A stretch of 64,000 bases of DNA from an uncultured delta proteobacterium (lineage in GTDB: Bacteria > Myxococcota_A > Polyangia > Haliangiales > Haliangiaceae): positions 192,001 to 256,000 of the forward strand of contig CAWKDB010000011.1 of assembly GCA_963848295.1 (NCBI GenBank), written 5' to 3'. The notes beneath the pieces were generated by a model that was not told the origin of the DNA, made no database searches, and worked only from the letters and a program-made list of their open reading frames with translations. Of the stretch, positions 1-11,079 are shown piece after piece. The position numbers and the translations under genes are program-made. The first letter of the stretch is position 1; the number at the start of each line of letters is the position of its first letter.

Positions 1-639
1 CGCGACCTCGCGCGCCGCGCTCTTGCGCGCGAGCATCATGTCGCCAGCGTGAACGCGGGTCTTCGGCAACGCGACCGAGCTGACGTCCGCATCGCCGAGG
101 AAGTACCACAGCTCGTCGCGATCGGTGGAGCGCAGGCCGGTCGACGCGCCCGCCTTGATCGCGAGCTCGAACATCGAAGCGGCGGGATTGCCCGTGTTCG
201 TCTCGTCGAGCAACACCGCGACCGAGACCTCGCCCTGCGCTTTCCACGACACGAGCTTGCGATCGATCAGGCTCTGGCCGCCGACCTTCGCGAAGTGGAA
301 CGGCAGCTCGATGGTCTTGCCGGCGAGCGGCGGAGGGAACTTGTAGACCGCGAACGCGCCGATCAGGCACGACGTCACGGCTTCGCTGTTCACCGTGTCG
401 TGCACCGGCATCGCCGTGGCGACCGAGCGATGGGCGCCGAACTCGACCCGCAGTGTGAGGTCGCCGTAGATATCGTAGCGCTCGGTCGCCGCGACCGCCC
501 AGCAGCTCTGGGCGATCGACGAGAAGTCGTTCATCACCTTGGTGACCGCGACGCCGAAACTGTCGTCGGTGTCCTTCGCGTCGGCGACCGAGCACGCGAG
601 CACGCTCGCGGCGAGCGCGGCGGCGAGCCGAAGCTGCAT
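1..639 (-). CDS. Secreted AgmX/PglI C-terminal (TonB-C-like) domain protein with a following cupin-like region; runs off the window start
   Basis: Not in the ORF track because it is open at the edge. Hand translation from ATG 639 (TGATG overlap with the upstream gene): [21 protein letters not shown]...IAQSCWAVAATERYDIYGDLTLRVEF...VTSCLIGAFAVYKFPPPLAGKTIELPFHF, then ...DRDELWYFLGD...VHAGDMML (cupin-like). Confidence 0.6.
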   Translation of the reverse strand, partial: MQLRLAAALAASVLACSVADAKDTDDSFGVAVTKVMNDFSSIAQSCWAVAATERYDIYGDLTLRVEFGAHRSVATAMPVHDTVNSEAVTSCLIGAFAVYKFPPPLAGKTIELPFHFAKVGGQSLIDRKLVSWKAQGEVSVAVLLDETNTGNPAASMFELAIKAGASTGLRSTDRDELWYFLGDADVSSVALPKTRVHAGDMMLARKSAAREVA

Positions 640-1049
640 CACGCGACCTTCGGGCGCAGGTAGCTCTCGACCCATTCGACGATCTCGTTCGTGCTCGCGC
701 CGGGCGTGAAGATCTTCGCGACCCCGATCGCCGCGAGCTTCGGCAAATCGTCCTTCGGCACGATCCCGCCGCCGAACACGATGACGTCGCCCGCGCCGCG
801 CGCCTTGAGCGCATCGAGCACCGCCGGAAACAGCGTCATGTGTGCACCCGACATGATCGACAGCCCGACGGCGTCGACCGCTTCCTGCACCGCGGCCGCC
901 GCGATCATCTCGGGCGTCTGATGCAGGCCGGTGTACACGACTTCGTAGCCGGCGTCGGCGAGGGCCCGCGCGACGACCTTGGCGCCGCGGTCGTGGCCAT
1001 CGAGACCGGGCTTGGCGACGAGGATGCGGAGCTTGCGCGGGTCGGTCAT
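639..1049 (-). CDS. Cobalamin B12-binding domain protein (small subunit of a methylmalonyl/isobutyryl-CoA mutase)
   Basis: [18 protein letters not shown] (DxHxxG), [25 protein letters not shown] at 1049. Confidence 0.93.
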   Translation of the reverse strand: MTDPRKLRILVAKPGLDGHDRGAKVVARALADAGYEVVYTGLHQTPEMIAAAAVQEAVDAVGLSIMSGAHMTLFPAVLDALKARGAGDVIVFGGGIVPKDDLPKLAAIGVAKIFTPGASTNEIVEWVESYLRPKVA

Positions 1050-1074
1050 CGTCGCGCGCAGTAGTACCAGAAAA

Positions 1075-3075
1075 TCACCGGACGAGGACCGGGTTACTGG
1101 TGCCCGAGAAGTAGACCGTGCGCTCGGTCGCGAGGACGTGGGGGTTCGCCGCGCCGACGACATTGAGCCGCGACCACGCCGTGCCGTCCCAGTGGACCAC
1201 ACCCGCCGGCCCGCCCGCCGCCCACACGTCGGACGCGCTCGTCGCGGAGATCGACCGTCCTCGAGAATCGGGATCCGCGGTCCACACGCCGCCGATCGAA
1301 CGCGCCCCGGCTTGCAGGCCGGCCGCAAAGATATCGCCCGCCGGATCCATCGCGACCGCGTCGAGCGCCGAGGCCGTCGTGCGATAGATCTCGTTCCACT
1401 GCGTGCCGTCGAGTTGCCACACGACGCCCGCAGTTCCGCACTTGCCGCTCGCGAGCACGGTCATCCCGTCGCCGGTGACATGGGCGAGGTCGCAGCCGAC
1501 GTCGCCGACCGGCGGCTCGAGCGCCGTCGCCGTTCCGGTCGCCGACACCGCGAGTGATAGTCCACCGGTGCCGACGACGTAGACCGCGACCGACGCCGTG
1601 ATGTGCGGTGCCCACAGCGATTCGATCGTGCTCGTGCCGATCTGGATCGGGATGGTCGTCACCGTGGCATCGTTGACCACGTGATAGAGCTGCGTGCTGT
1701 CCGACGTGTAGAAGTCGTCGACCGATATGCCGCTGATCGCGGTGAGCTCGACCGCGATCGACACCTGGTCCCACAGGTAGTAGTTCCCGGGCTGCTCCCA
1801 GAACGCCTCATCGGCGCCGCACATCGCGACCGTGCCATCGCCGAGCATCGTGACATCGCGGACGTCGCTGCTCTGCACGCCGCGGGCGGCGTACTCGATG
1901 CCCGTGTACTCGTAGATGCCGTCGCCGACCTCGTACATGTGCGTGCCGTCGGAGATCAACAGTCCGCCGATCGGCGTATCGATGGCCTCGGGCTCGGCGC
2001 CGAGGAAGCGATACGCGATGAGGCCGAGGCCGCCGAACACGCCTTGGTCGAGCCCGACCGCTTGGGTCACCGAATTCGGATAGGTCGTCTGCGTACCGCC
2101 GTCGAACGTCTCGACCGCGGCGAGCGTCGCGGCGATCGCGACGCCGGCATGGAGGTCGAGCTGATAGATCGTCGACCCGGTCGAGAACAACGGCGACCAC
2201 GTCGCGCCCGTGAAGTGCAACACGGCGCCGCCGAGCACCGACGCGTTGTGCGTCGCGAGCAACGTCGTGCCGTCGCGCGACACCATCGCATCGCAGTGAT
2301 CGACGGTCTGCAGCGTCATCTGCCAGCCGCTGCTCGGTGGCTTGCTGTAGACCTCGCAACCAGTCCCGGAGTCGAGCCCGACGTGTAGCGTGCCGTCGGC
2401 GGCGAGCGCCGCGGCTTGGATCGCGTTGCCGCCGCCGGTGGGTGACAGGTTCAACGCCGTGGTATCGAGTGCGGTGAACGTCGAGCCGTCGAGCGCCGCG
2501 AGATCATACGGTCCCCACGCGATGATCGACTGCGCGTTGCCGACCAAGTGATAGAAGGTCGGCATCGGTGTATCGAGCGACGCGATCAGCGCGCCATTGC
2601 TCGTGACGTCGATGCCGCTCATATCGCCGCGCACGATCGCGAGGTGCGCACCGTCGGTCCACGCGTCGGCTGCGACCTCGGGGGACACCAACCGCCAACC
2701 GAACCTCGTGCAAGTCCCGACCAGATCGAGCACGCAGCTCACGCATGTCGGGATCCCGAGGTCGAACCCGAACGCGACGCAATCGGTACCGGTCACCGGA
2801 CCATCACATTGCTCCGAGCCTTCGATCACCCCGTCGCCGCATACCGGCGCGAAGCACGCCCCGCCGAGACACGTGCCGGTAAACTGCGCGGTCATGCACG
2901 CGGCGCCTTCGTCGAGCCCGGCACACGCCGCGGCTTGATCGCCGGGCACGCACGTGTCGTCGGCGAGGCACACCGAATCGCTCGGGCACACGAGCGCACC
3001 GCACGCGATCTCGGGCGCCGGCTTGATGCACGCCGCGACCGCCACAACGAGCGCGACGAGGCTCAGCCTCCCCAC
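1075..3075 (-). CDS. Lipoprotein with a myxobacterial Cys-rich repeat and a beta-propeller-like body
   Basis: Lipobox [18 protein letters not shown] repeat, and repeated xxWDGxxW / [12 protein letters not shown] motifs. Confidence 0.75.
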   Translation of the reverse strand: MGRLSLVALVVAVAACIKPAPEIACGALVCPSDSVCLADDTCVPGDQAAACAGLDEGAACMTAQFTGTCLGGACFAPVCGDGVIEGSEQCDGPVTGTDCVAFGFDLGIPTCVSCVLDLVGTCTRFGWRLVSPEVAADAWTDGAHLAIVRGDMSGIDVTSNGALIASLDTPMPTFYHLVGNAQSIIAWGPYDLAALDGSTFTALDTTALNLSPTGGGNAIQAAALAADGTLHVGLDSGTGCEVYSKPPSSGWQMTLQTVDHCDAMVSRDGTTLLATHNASVLGGAVLHFTGATWSPLFSTGSTIYQLDLHAGVAIAATLAAVETFDGGTQTTYPNSVTQAVGLDQGVFGGLGLIAYRFLGAEPEAIDTPIGGLLISDGTHMYEVGDGIYEYTGIEYAARGVQSSDVRDVTMLGDGTVAMCGADEAFWEQPGNYYLWDQVSIAVELTAISGISVDDFYTSDSTQLYHVVNDATVTTIPIQIGTSTIESLWAPHITASVAVYVVGTGGLSLAVSATGTATALEPPVGDVGCDLAHVTGDGMTVLASGKCGTAGVVWQLDGTQWNEIYRTTASALDAVAMDPAGDIFAAGLQAGARSIGGVWTADPDSRGRSISATSASDVWAAGGPAGVVHWDGTAWSRLNVVGAANPHVLATERTVYFSGTSNPVLVR

Positions 3076-3092
3076 GATGTGATCGTCGCCCG

Positions 3093-4241
3093 CTACTGCG
3101 CTGCGCGCAACAGGTTCCGGGCGATCACTATGCGCTGGATCTCACTGGTACCTTCGTAGATCCTCGTAACCCGCACGTCCCGGAGCGCACGTTCGACGGG
3201 GAAATCGCGGACGTAGCCGTAGCCGCCGTGGACCTGCAGCGCGATGTCGCAGATCTTCCACGCGTGCTCGCTCGCGAACAGCTTCGCCATCGCGGCTTGC
3301 TGCGAGAACTGACCGCCCGCTTCCTTGAGCGCGGCGGCGCGCAGGGTCATCAGCGTCGCCGCATCGAGCCACGTCGCGGCGTCGGCGAGCATCCCCGCGA
3401 TCGCCTGGTGCTTGATGATCGCCTGGCCGAACGTGTGGCGCTCGCCGGCGTAGCGAATCGCCGCCTCGAGCGCCCCGCGCGCGATGCCGATCGCCTGCGA
3501 CGCGATCCCGATCCGGCCGCCGTCGAGCGCCATCATCGCGAGCGCGAAGCCCCGACCGGGGGCGGCGAGCACGGCCTCGTCACCGATCTCGACGTCGTCG
3601 AGCACGAGCTGCGCGGTCGACGAGCCGCGCAACCCGAGCTTGTCCTCGAGCCGCGCGGTCGTCAGGCCCTTCGCGTTGCCCGGGACGACGAACGCGGTGA
3701 TGCCTTTGTGGCCCGCCGGTGCGTCGGTGACCGCCCACACGACCAGCACGCCGGCGCGATCGCCCGTCGTGATCCATTGCTTCGCACCGGACAGGCGCCA
3801 GCCGCGCTCGGTCTTCGTCGCGGTCGTGCGCATCGCGGCCGGATCGCTGCCGGCGTCCGCTTCCGACAGCGCGAACGCGCCCGAGAGCAGCTCGCCCGAG
3901 GCCAGGCGCGGACACCACGCGCGCTGCAGCGCGGGCGTGCCGTTCTTCCAGATCAGCTCGCCGACCATGTTCGTCACCGACACCGCGACCGCGACCGAGG
4001 CATCGCCGCGCGCGAGCTCTTGCATCGCGAGCGAGTACGCGACCGGGCCGGCACCCGCGCCCCCGAGCTCGTCCGGGATGTTGATCGCGAGCAGCCCGAG
4101 CTTGCCGAGCTGACGCAGCTCCGCCTCGGGAAACTCGCAGGACTCGTCGCGCGCCGCCGCTTTCGGCATGAGCGTGCGCTCGGCAAAGTCGCGCGCGGTG
4201 CGCTGGATCAGCAACTGCTCTTCGGTCGGAGCCAAATCCAT
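3093..4241 (-). CDS. Acyl-CoA dehydrogenase
   Basis: FALSEADAGSD, GAKQWIT, LDGGRIGIA, QVHGGYGY, IYEGTSEIQR. ATG at 4241 (MDLAPTEEQ). Confidence 0.95.
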   Translation of the reverse strand: MDLAPTEEQLLIQRTARDFAERTLMPKAAARDESCEFPEAELRQLGKLGLLAINIPDELGGAGAGPVAYSLAMQELARGDASVAVAVSVTNMVGELIWKNGTPALQRAWCPRLASGELLSGAFALSEADAGSDPAAMRTTATKTERGWRLSGAKQWITTGDRAGVLVVWAVTDAPAGHKGITAFVVPGNAKGLTTARLEDKLGLRGSSTAQLVLDDVEIGDEAVLAAPGRGFALAMMALDGGRIGIASQAIGIARGALEAAIRYAGERHTFGQAIIKHQAIAGMLADAATWLDAATLMTLRAAALKEAGGQFSQQAAMAKLFASEHAWKICDIALQVHGGYGYVRDFPVERALRDVRVTRIYEGTSEIQRIVIARNLLRAAQ

Positions 4242-4248
4242 GAGTCGC

Positions 4249-4974
4249 TCAGTTCGAAGCCCGATAGTGGACCGCGAGCTTCGCGATCGGGCCTCTCGGA
4301 TCGGGGAGCCGCCAGGCGAGCGCTGCCTTCTCGGCGCAGTCCGCCCACTTATCGGCGATCTCGGTCTTCGCCGACGCGAAGCCGACCGACTGCGCCTTGC
4401 CGCGCGGCCCGACGTACACCGTGATCGTGACGTCGTTCGGCGCCGCCGATCTCTTGGCGCACGCGTCGAGCTTCGCGAGCTGACCGCCGACGGCCTTGAG
4501 CGCCTTGTCCTCGTCCCACGGCAGCGTTTCGCCCTTCGCCGAGAAATCGAGCGGGATCGTGACCTCGGCATCGCCACCGATCGGCTTACCGAGATCGATG
4601 GCGCGCGCGACCTCGACCAGGCACTTCTCGATCGCATGTGCGCCGAGGTCGCTCTCCGCGAGCTTGACCGAGCTCACCGTGCCTTCCTTCGTGACGTCCC
4701 AGTGGACGACGACGTGGCCGCCGAGCCAACGCCGACGGCCGACCCGCGACATGTAGCAATCCGACAGCGCCTCGTTGTGCGGCGCGAGCGCGGCCTCGAC
4801 GGTCGCCTGGTCCAGGTGCCCATGACCGTTGACCATGGTGACGCCGTCCTCGGGCTCGGAGTCGTCGACCGGCACGCGCTTCGCGACCGGCGGCGGCGCC
4901 GGCGGTGGTGCCGGCGGTGGCGCCTTGCCACCACACGCGGCAATGGCGACGGCGAACGCGACGAACGACCGCAC
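4249..4974 (-). CDS. Lipoprotein with tandem AgmX/PglI C-terminal (TonB-C-like) domains
   Basis: GTG 4974, lipobox IAAC, Pro-rich linker, LSDCY...GHVVVHWDVTKEGTVSSV...IEKCL...VTIPLDF, then a second similar unit. Confidence 0.75.
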   Translation of the reverse strand: MRSFVAFAVAIAACGGKAPPPAPPPAPPPVAKRVPVDDSEPEDGVTMVNGHGHLDQATVEAALAPHNEALSDCYMSRVGRRRWLGGHVVVHWDVTKEGTVSSVKLAESDLGAHAIEKCLVEVARAIDLGKPIGGDAEVTIPLDFSAKGETLPWDEDKALKAVGGQLAKLDACAKRSAAPNDVTITVYVGPRGKAQSVGFASAKTEIADKWADCAEKAALAWRLPDPRGPIAKLAVHYRASN

Positions 4975-4979
4975 GCGAG

Positions 4980-5396
4980 TCAGTTCGCTTCCATCGCGTA
5001 CTCGTACGACGTCTCGTAGCGCCGCGGGATGTGCGGGAACTCGATCTCTTGCACGTGCTTGGTCGCGCAATCGATCACCGACTTCGCCGTGAGGTTGGTC
5101 TTGATCACCTTGACGCTCGTGGCGCTGCCGTTCGTGCCGACCACGACCTCGAACGAGACCTCGCCGTGAGTGCCGCGCTTGACCTCTTGGGCGTCCATCG
5201 CCATCGCGAGGCAGTTCGAGATGATCTCGTTCTTGCGCTCGAAGTCATGCTGGATCTCGTCGATCTGCTCGGGCGCGACCATCGTGCCGCCATTGTCCGG
5301 CGGTGGGGGCGGCGGAGGCGTCGTCGTCGTCGAGGCTTGCTTGTGGCCGCCGCAGGCGGTGATAGCGATCGCGATCGATAGTGTCGTGAATTTCAT
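4980..5396 (-). CDS. Lipoprotein with an AgmX/PglI C-terminal domain
   Basis: MKFTTLSIAIAITAC lipobox, poly-Pro, ISNCL...GEVSFEVVVGTNG...VIDCATKHVQEIEFP. Confidence 0.75.
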   Translation of the reverse strand: MKFTTLSIAIAITACGGHKQASTTTTPPPPPPPDNGGTMVAPEQIDEIQHDFERKNEIISNCLAMAMDAQEVKRGTHGEVSFEVVVGTNGSATSVKVIKTNLTAKSVIDCATKHVQEIEFPHIPRRYETSYEYAMEAN

Positions 5397-5397
5397 G

Positions 5398-6540
<1,143 letters not shown>

Positions 6541-6544
<4 letters not shown>

Positions 6545-7338
6545 TGGCCCTTGAACTGCGCGGCGCGCCGCGGCTTGGCGAGGAACGCCGACATGCCCTC
6601 GCGCTGATCCGCGGTGGCGAACAGCAGGCCGAAGCTGCGCTGCTCGAGCGCGAGCGCGTGATCGAGCGTGGTCGACTGGCCGATCTGGATCAGCCGCTTG
6701 CACTCCGCGACCGCGAGCGGACCGTTCGCCGCGATCTTGCGCGGCGAGCTCTTTGACCTTCGCGTACAGCTCGCGCGTGCGGCACGACCGCGTTCGCGAG
6801 GCCGATGCGCAGCGCCTCCGCCGCGTCGATCGGATCGCCGATCAGGCACAGCTCCTTCGCCTTCGCGACGCCGACTCGGCGGGCCAGGCGCTGGGTGCCG
6901 CCGAAGCCCGGGATGACGCCGAGCTTGACCTCGGGCTGACCGAACTTCGCGCGATCCGAGGCGTAGATGAAGTCGCACGCGAGCGCGAGCTCGCAGCCAC
7001 CGCCGAGCGCGAAGCCGTTGACCGCCGCGATCCACGGCTTGTCCGACGTCTCGATCGATTGGCCGAGCGCGCCGCCCATCTCGGCGAACGCGTGCGCCTG
7101 GGTCGGCGACAGCTCCTGCATCTCGGCGATGTCGGCGCCCGCGACGAACGCCTTGTCGCCCGCGCCGGTCAGCATGACGACGCGCACGATCGGTCGACAC
7201 CTCGAGCTCCGCGGCCGCGTGGGTGAGCTCGGCGATCACGGTCGTCGACAGCGCGTTGAGCGCGGCCGCGCGATCGATCGTGATCGTGGCGAGAGGACCG
7301 TCGACGGCGATCCGGATCGTTTCGAATTGTTCGTTCAC
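6541..7338 (-). CDS. crt: Enoyl-CoA hydratase/crotonase with three apparent +1 indels (~7189, ~6775, ~6741)
   Basis: [62 protein letters not shown] spread across frames. GTG 7338. Confidence 0.88.
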
Positions 7339-8259
7339 GGCTTCCTTTGCCCTTGCGAGTCGTACTCGTAGAACCCGCGCCCGACCTTTCTGCCGAGCCA
7401 ACCCGCCGCGACGTACTGGCGCAGCAACGGGCACGGGCGGTACTTGTCGTCGCCGAGCTCGCGGTGCAGCACCTCGGCGATCGCGAGGCAGGTGTCGAGG
7501 CCGATCAGGTCGGCGAGCTCGAGCGGCCCCATCGGATGGTTGAGGCCGAGCCGCACGCCGGTGTCGATGTCGATCGCGGTGCCGAGGCCCTCGTACAGGC
7601 CGTAGCAGGCCTCGTTGAGCAGCGGGATGAGCATGCGGTTGACGATGAAGCCGGGGATGTCGCGCGCGCCGATCGTCGTCTTGCCGAACCGCTGCGCGAG
7701 CGCGGTGATCGTCTCGTTGGTCTGATCGCTCGTCGGCAAGCCGCGCACGATCTCGACCAGCTTCATCACCGGCACCGGATTCATGAAGTGCATGCCGATC
7801 ACGCGATCGGGCCGACCCGAGGCCGACGCCAGCTTCGTGATCGAGATCGACGACGTGTTCGACGCGAGGATCGCGTCGTCGCGCGTGACCTCGCCGAGGC
7901 TCTTGAAGATGGCGAGCTTGAGCTCTTCCTTCTCGGGCGCCGCTTCGACCACGACCTCGCAGTCGCGCAGATCGCGATGACCGCCGCCCGCTTTGAGGTG
8001 GCTCATCGTCCGATCGCGCGCTCGCCACGTCGAGCTTGCCCTTCTCGACGAGCCGATCGAGCTGCTTGCGGATCTTCGCGATCCCGGCGGTCGCGAAGTC
8101 GGGCGCCGCATCGACGATCAGGACGTCGACGCCGGCCTGTGCCGCGACCTGGGCGATGCCCTGCCCCATCTGGCCCGCGCCGACGACGCCGAGCGAGTCG
8201 ATCTGACCGCGCTGCCTGCCGCCGAGCGTCCGCGCGTCCTCGGGCGCGACTGCGGTCAC
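7335..8259 (-). CDS. hbd: 3-hydroxybutyryl-CoA dehydrogenase with one apparent +1 indel (~8022)
   Basis: GVVGAGQMGQGIA, ASNTSSISIT, GMHFMNPVPVMKLVE, PGFIVNR, NHPMGPLELADLIGLD. Confidence 0.9.
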
Positions 8260-9476
8260 GCGCGCTCCACCAAGAGCGCGATGCCCTCGCCGCCGCCGAT
8301 GCACAGCGACGCGCCGCCGGTCTTCGCGCCGCGCGCCGCCATCGCGTGCAACAGCGTGACGAGGATGCGGCAGCCCGACGCGCCGATCGGGTGGCCGAGC
8401 GCGACCGCACCGCCCCACACGTTGACCTTCGCGGCGTCGAGCCCGAGTAGCTGGTTGTTCGCGAGCGAGACGACCGAGAACGCTTCGTTGATCTCCCACA
8501 GGTCGACCGACTTCGCGTCCCATCGGTCGCGCGAGCCAGACTCGCCCGACCGACCATTGGCCAGCAGTTGGGCGCGGCCGAGCGCGTTGTGGATCGCCGG
8601 CGCCGGCGCGGTGGTGAACCACTCCGGCGCTTGCGCGTGATAGCCCGACGCGACGAGCCGGGCGAGCGGCTTGCACCCGCGCTTCTTCGCTTCGTCGGCC
8701 GACATGAGCACGACCGCGGCGCCGCCGTCGTTGATCGAAGACGCGTTGCCCGCGGTGATCGTGCCGTCCTTCGCGAACGCGGGGCGCAGCGATGGCAACT
8801 TCTCGATGTTGCCACGACCGGGCTCCTCGTCGGTATCGACCGACACCTCGCCCTTCTTGTCCGCGATCTTCACCGCCGCGATCTCGTCCTTGAACGCGCC
8901 GCTCTTGATCGCGGCGAGCGCGCGCTTGTAGCTCTCGGCCGCGAACGCGTCCTGCTGCTCGCGCGTGAAGCCCATCTCCTTCGCACACAGCTCCCCGCAG
9001 TTGCCCATGTGCTGGTTCGAGTACGGATCCCACAAGCCGTCGACGACCATCGAATCGACGGTCTCGAGCGGGCCCATCTTCGTGCCGGTGCGCGAGTGGC
9101 GCAGCAAGTGCGGCGCGTTCGACATCGACTCCATGCCGCCCGCGACCGCGATGTCGAGCTCGCCGAGCTGGATCGAGCGCGCCGCGCCGATCACCGCTTC
9201 GAGGCCGGAGCCGCACACCTTGTTCACCGTCACGCACGGCACCTTGTCGGGCAGCCCGGCGCCGAGCGCCGCTTGCCGCGCGGGCGCCTGGCCAACCCCG
9301 GCGGGCAGCACCATGCCCATGTGCACCAGCTGGACATCACCCGGCGCGACCCCTGCGCGTTCGAGCGCCGCTTTGATCGCGGTCGAGCCGAGCTTGGGGC
9401 CCGACACCGATGCGAGCGAACCTAAGAAACTTCCAATGGCGGTGCGCGCAGCACCGACGATGACGACGTCGCGCAT
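8256..9476 (-). CDS. Acetyl-CoA C-acetyltransferase (thiolase)
   Basis: VNKVCGSG, EINEAF, GGAVALGHPIGASG, CIGGGEG. Carries a ~15-aa insertion before WDAKSVDLWEINEAF. Confidence 0.95.
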   Translation of the reverse strand: MRDVVIVGAARTAIGSFLGSLASVSGPKLGSTAIKAALERAGVAPGDVQLVHMGMVLPAGVGQAPARQAALGAGLPDKVPCVTVNKVCGSGLEAVIGAARSIQLGELDIAVAGGMESMSNAPHLLRHSRTGTKMGPLETVDSMVVDGLWDPYSNQHMGNCGELCAKEMGFTREQQDAFAAESYKRALAAIKSGAFKDEIAAVKIADKKGEVSVDTDEEPGRGNIEKLPSLRPAFAKDGTITAGNASSINDGGAAVVLMSADEAKKRGCKPLARLVASGYHAQAPEWFTTAPAPAIHNALGRAQLLANGRSGESGSRDRWDAKSVDLWEINEAFSVVSLANNQLLGLDAAKVNVWGGAVALGHPIGASGCRILVTLLHAMAARGAKTGGASLCIGGGEGIALLVERA

Positions 9477-9558
9477 GGGTGTGGCTTACCGCGCTGTTAC
9501 AAAGCGCGTCAACCTGCCGGCTCGAGCTGAATGAATCGTGACGAGCCAAAACGGTCGA

Positions 9559-9567
9559 TGCTATAGT
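9559..9567 (+). promoter_or_regulatory. Extended -10 element (TGcTATAGT), probably leaderless
   Basis: TATAGT at 9562-9567 lies 5 nt before ATG 9573. No SD. Confidence 0.6.
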
Positions 9568-9572
9568 GCCAA

Positions 9573-9848
9573 ATGCGAAAAACCTTCCTCGCCGTGCTAC
9601 TCGCGGGGTGCTCCGCAACACTGATGGTCCCCACGGTCCAGACGCGCGCGGCCTTCGATTTGTCGTGTTCTAAAGACAACTTGAACATCATCAAGCTCGG
9701 TGGCGGTTCCTACGGAGTGCGAGGCTGCGGCAAGCAAGCCACGTACGTCGTCGATGGTCCGTGTGGCCTCGAAAACGACCAGCGCTGTACCGCGGAGCTC
9801 AACAGCGAGGTCCAGCCCGACACTGCCAATAGCGCCGTTCAGCGCTGA
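9573..9848 (+). CDS. Small Cys-containing lipoprotein (RAAFDLxC...GVxGCG..ATY type)
   Basis: Lipobox LAGC, four further Cys, somewhat lower GC than the flanks. Confidence 0.75.
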   Translation: MRKTFLAVLLAGCSATLMVPTVQTRAAFDLSCSKDNLNIIKLGGGSYGVRGCGKQATYVVDGPCGLENDQRCTAELNSEVQPDTANSAVQR

Positions 9849-10021
9849 GCGCGGGCCCTAGCCACGATCGCGGGCAACAGCTCGAGCACGCGATCGATCT
9901 CGCCCTCGGCACCTACCTGGGGACGGTGTTCACTTTGACAACCGCGGAGACGACCGGTCAGTGCTGAGCGCGGGCCCGAGCCACGATCGCAGGTAGCAGC
10001 TCCAGCACGCGATCGATCTCG
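9839..10021. repeat. Direct repeat of the last 64 bp of the cysteine desulfurase gene (9839-9902 and 9958-10021)
   Basis: 58/64 identical by manual alignment. The copies encode EIDRVLELLPAIVARARAQR* and EIDRVLELLPAIVARARAQH*. Confidence 0.92.
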
Positions 10022-11061
10022 TCGCCGGTCGTGGCCACGCCGAGCGAGAACCGCACCGCCGCGAGCGCGCGCTCCGGCGCATAGCCGAGCCCGAGCAGCA
10101 CCGGCGACGGCTGGACGCTGCCGCTCGTGCACGCCGCGCCGGTCGACACCGCGACGCCCGCGAGGTCGAGCGCGATCGCGATGTCTTGGCCGCGCGCGCC
10201 AGCAAAGCCAGCGTTGATCGTGCCGCCGATGCGCGGATGATCGGCGCCGTGAATCCGCACGCCGGGCAGCGCGAGGAGGCCGGTTTCGAGCCGCTCACCG
10301 AGCTGTTCGACGGCGCGCCACGAATCGAGCCCGCGCGCCGCCGCTGCCGCGCCGAACCCGACGATGCCCAGCACGTTTTCGGTGCCGGGCCGCCGCCCGC
10401 GCTCCTGGTGTCCAGCCTCGACGAGCGGCAAGCCATCGTCGAGCGCGATCGCGAGCGCCCCGACGCCCTGTGGCCCGCCGAGCTTGTGTGCCGAGATCGC
10501 GAGCGCATCGGGCGAGATCCGGTCGAGCCCGGACTTGCCGGCGGCCTGAACCGCGTCGAGGTGAACCAGTGCGCCGATCGCCTGCGCGCTCGCGAGCAGG
10601 GCCGGCACTAGCAGCGTTCCGACCTCGTGGTTGACCAGCGACGTCGCGAGCAGGCCGATCGGCTCGCCGACCTCGGTCGCGAACGCCGGCAGCGTGACCA
10701 CGCGCCAGCCGCGGCGGTCGAGCGCAGCGACGGCACCGAGTAGCGACGGGTGCTCGATCGCGGTCGTCGCGGCGACTTTCGTGAGGCCGCGGCGTTCTGC
10801 GGTCACGGCGAGCGCGGCGACGCCGAGCTGGTTGGCCTCGGTGCCGCCGCTGGTGAACACGATCTGCTCGGGCGGCCGCCCGAGGAGCCTGGCGACCTGC
10901 GCCCTGGCCCGCTCGACCCGATCGCGCGCGCGGCGACCCTCCGCGTGGATCGACGACGGGTTCCCGGCCTCGGCCATAGCCTCCGCCATGGCCGCGCGCG
11001 CCGGCTCTACGAGCGGCGCGGTCGCGTTGAAGTCCAGGTAGATCCGTCGTTGCGTTGACAT
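9958..11061 (-). CDS. Cysteine desulfurase (IscS/NifS family)
   Basis: IYLDFNATAP, GNPSSIH, FTSGGTEAN, SAHKLGGP (PLP Lys), STGAACTSG (catalytic Cys). ATG 11061. Confidence 0.93.
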   Translation of the reverse strand: MSTQRRIYLDFNATAPLVEPARAAMAEAMAEAGNPSSIHAEGRRARDRVERARAQVARLLGRPPEQIVFTSGGTEANQLGVAALAVTAERRGLTKVAATTAIEHPSLLGAVAALDRRGWRVVTLPAFATEVGEPIGLLATSLVNHEVGTLLVPALLASAQAIGALVHLDAVQAAGKSGLDRISPDALAISAHKLGGPQGVGALAIALDDGLPLVEAGHQERGRRPGTENVLGIVGFGAAAAARGLDSWRAVEQLGERLETGLLALPGVRIHGADHPRIGGTINAGFAGARGQDIAIALDLAGVAVSTGAACTSGSVQPSPVLLGLGYAPERALAAVRFSLGVATTGDEIDRVLELLPAIVARARAQH

Positions 11062-11079
11062 AGGCGGCTCGCTGTCGAC

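Noticed and set aside
8200..8225. Fifth copy of the palindromic element in the hbd N-terminal extension
   Set aside because: 15/17 match to the element's end (GATCTGACCGCGCTGCC), but the hairpin is lost and similarity stops. Too short at this GC content.
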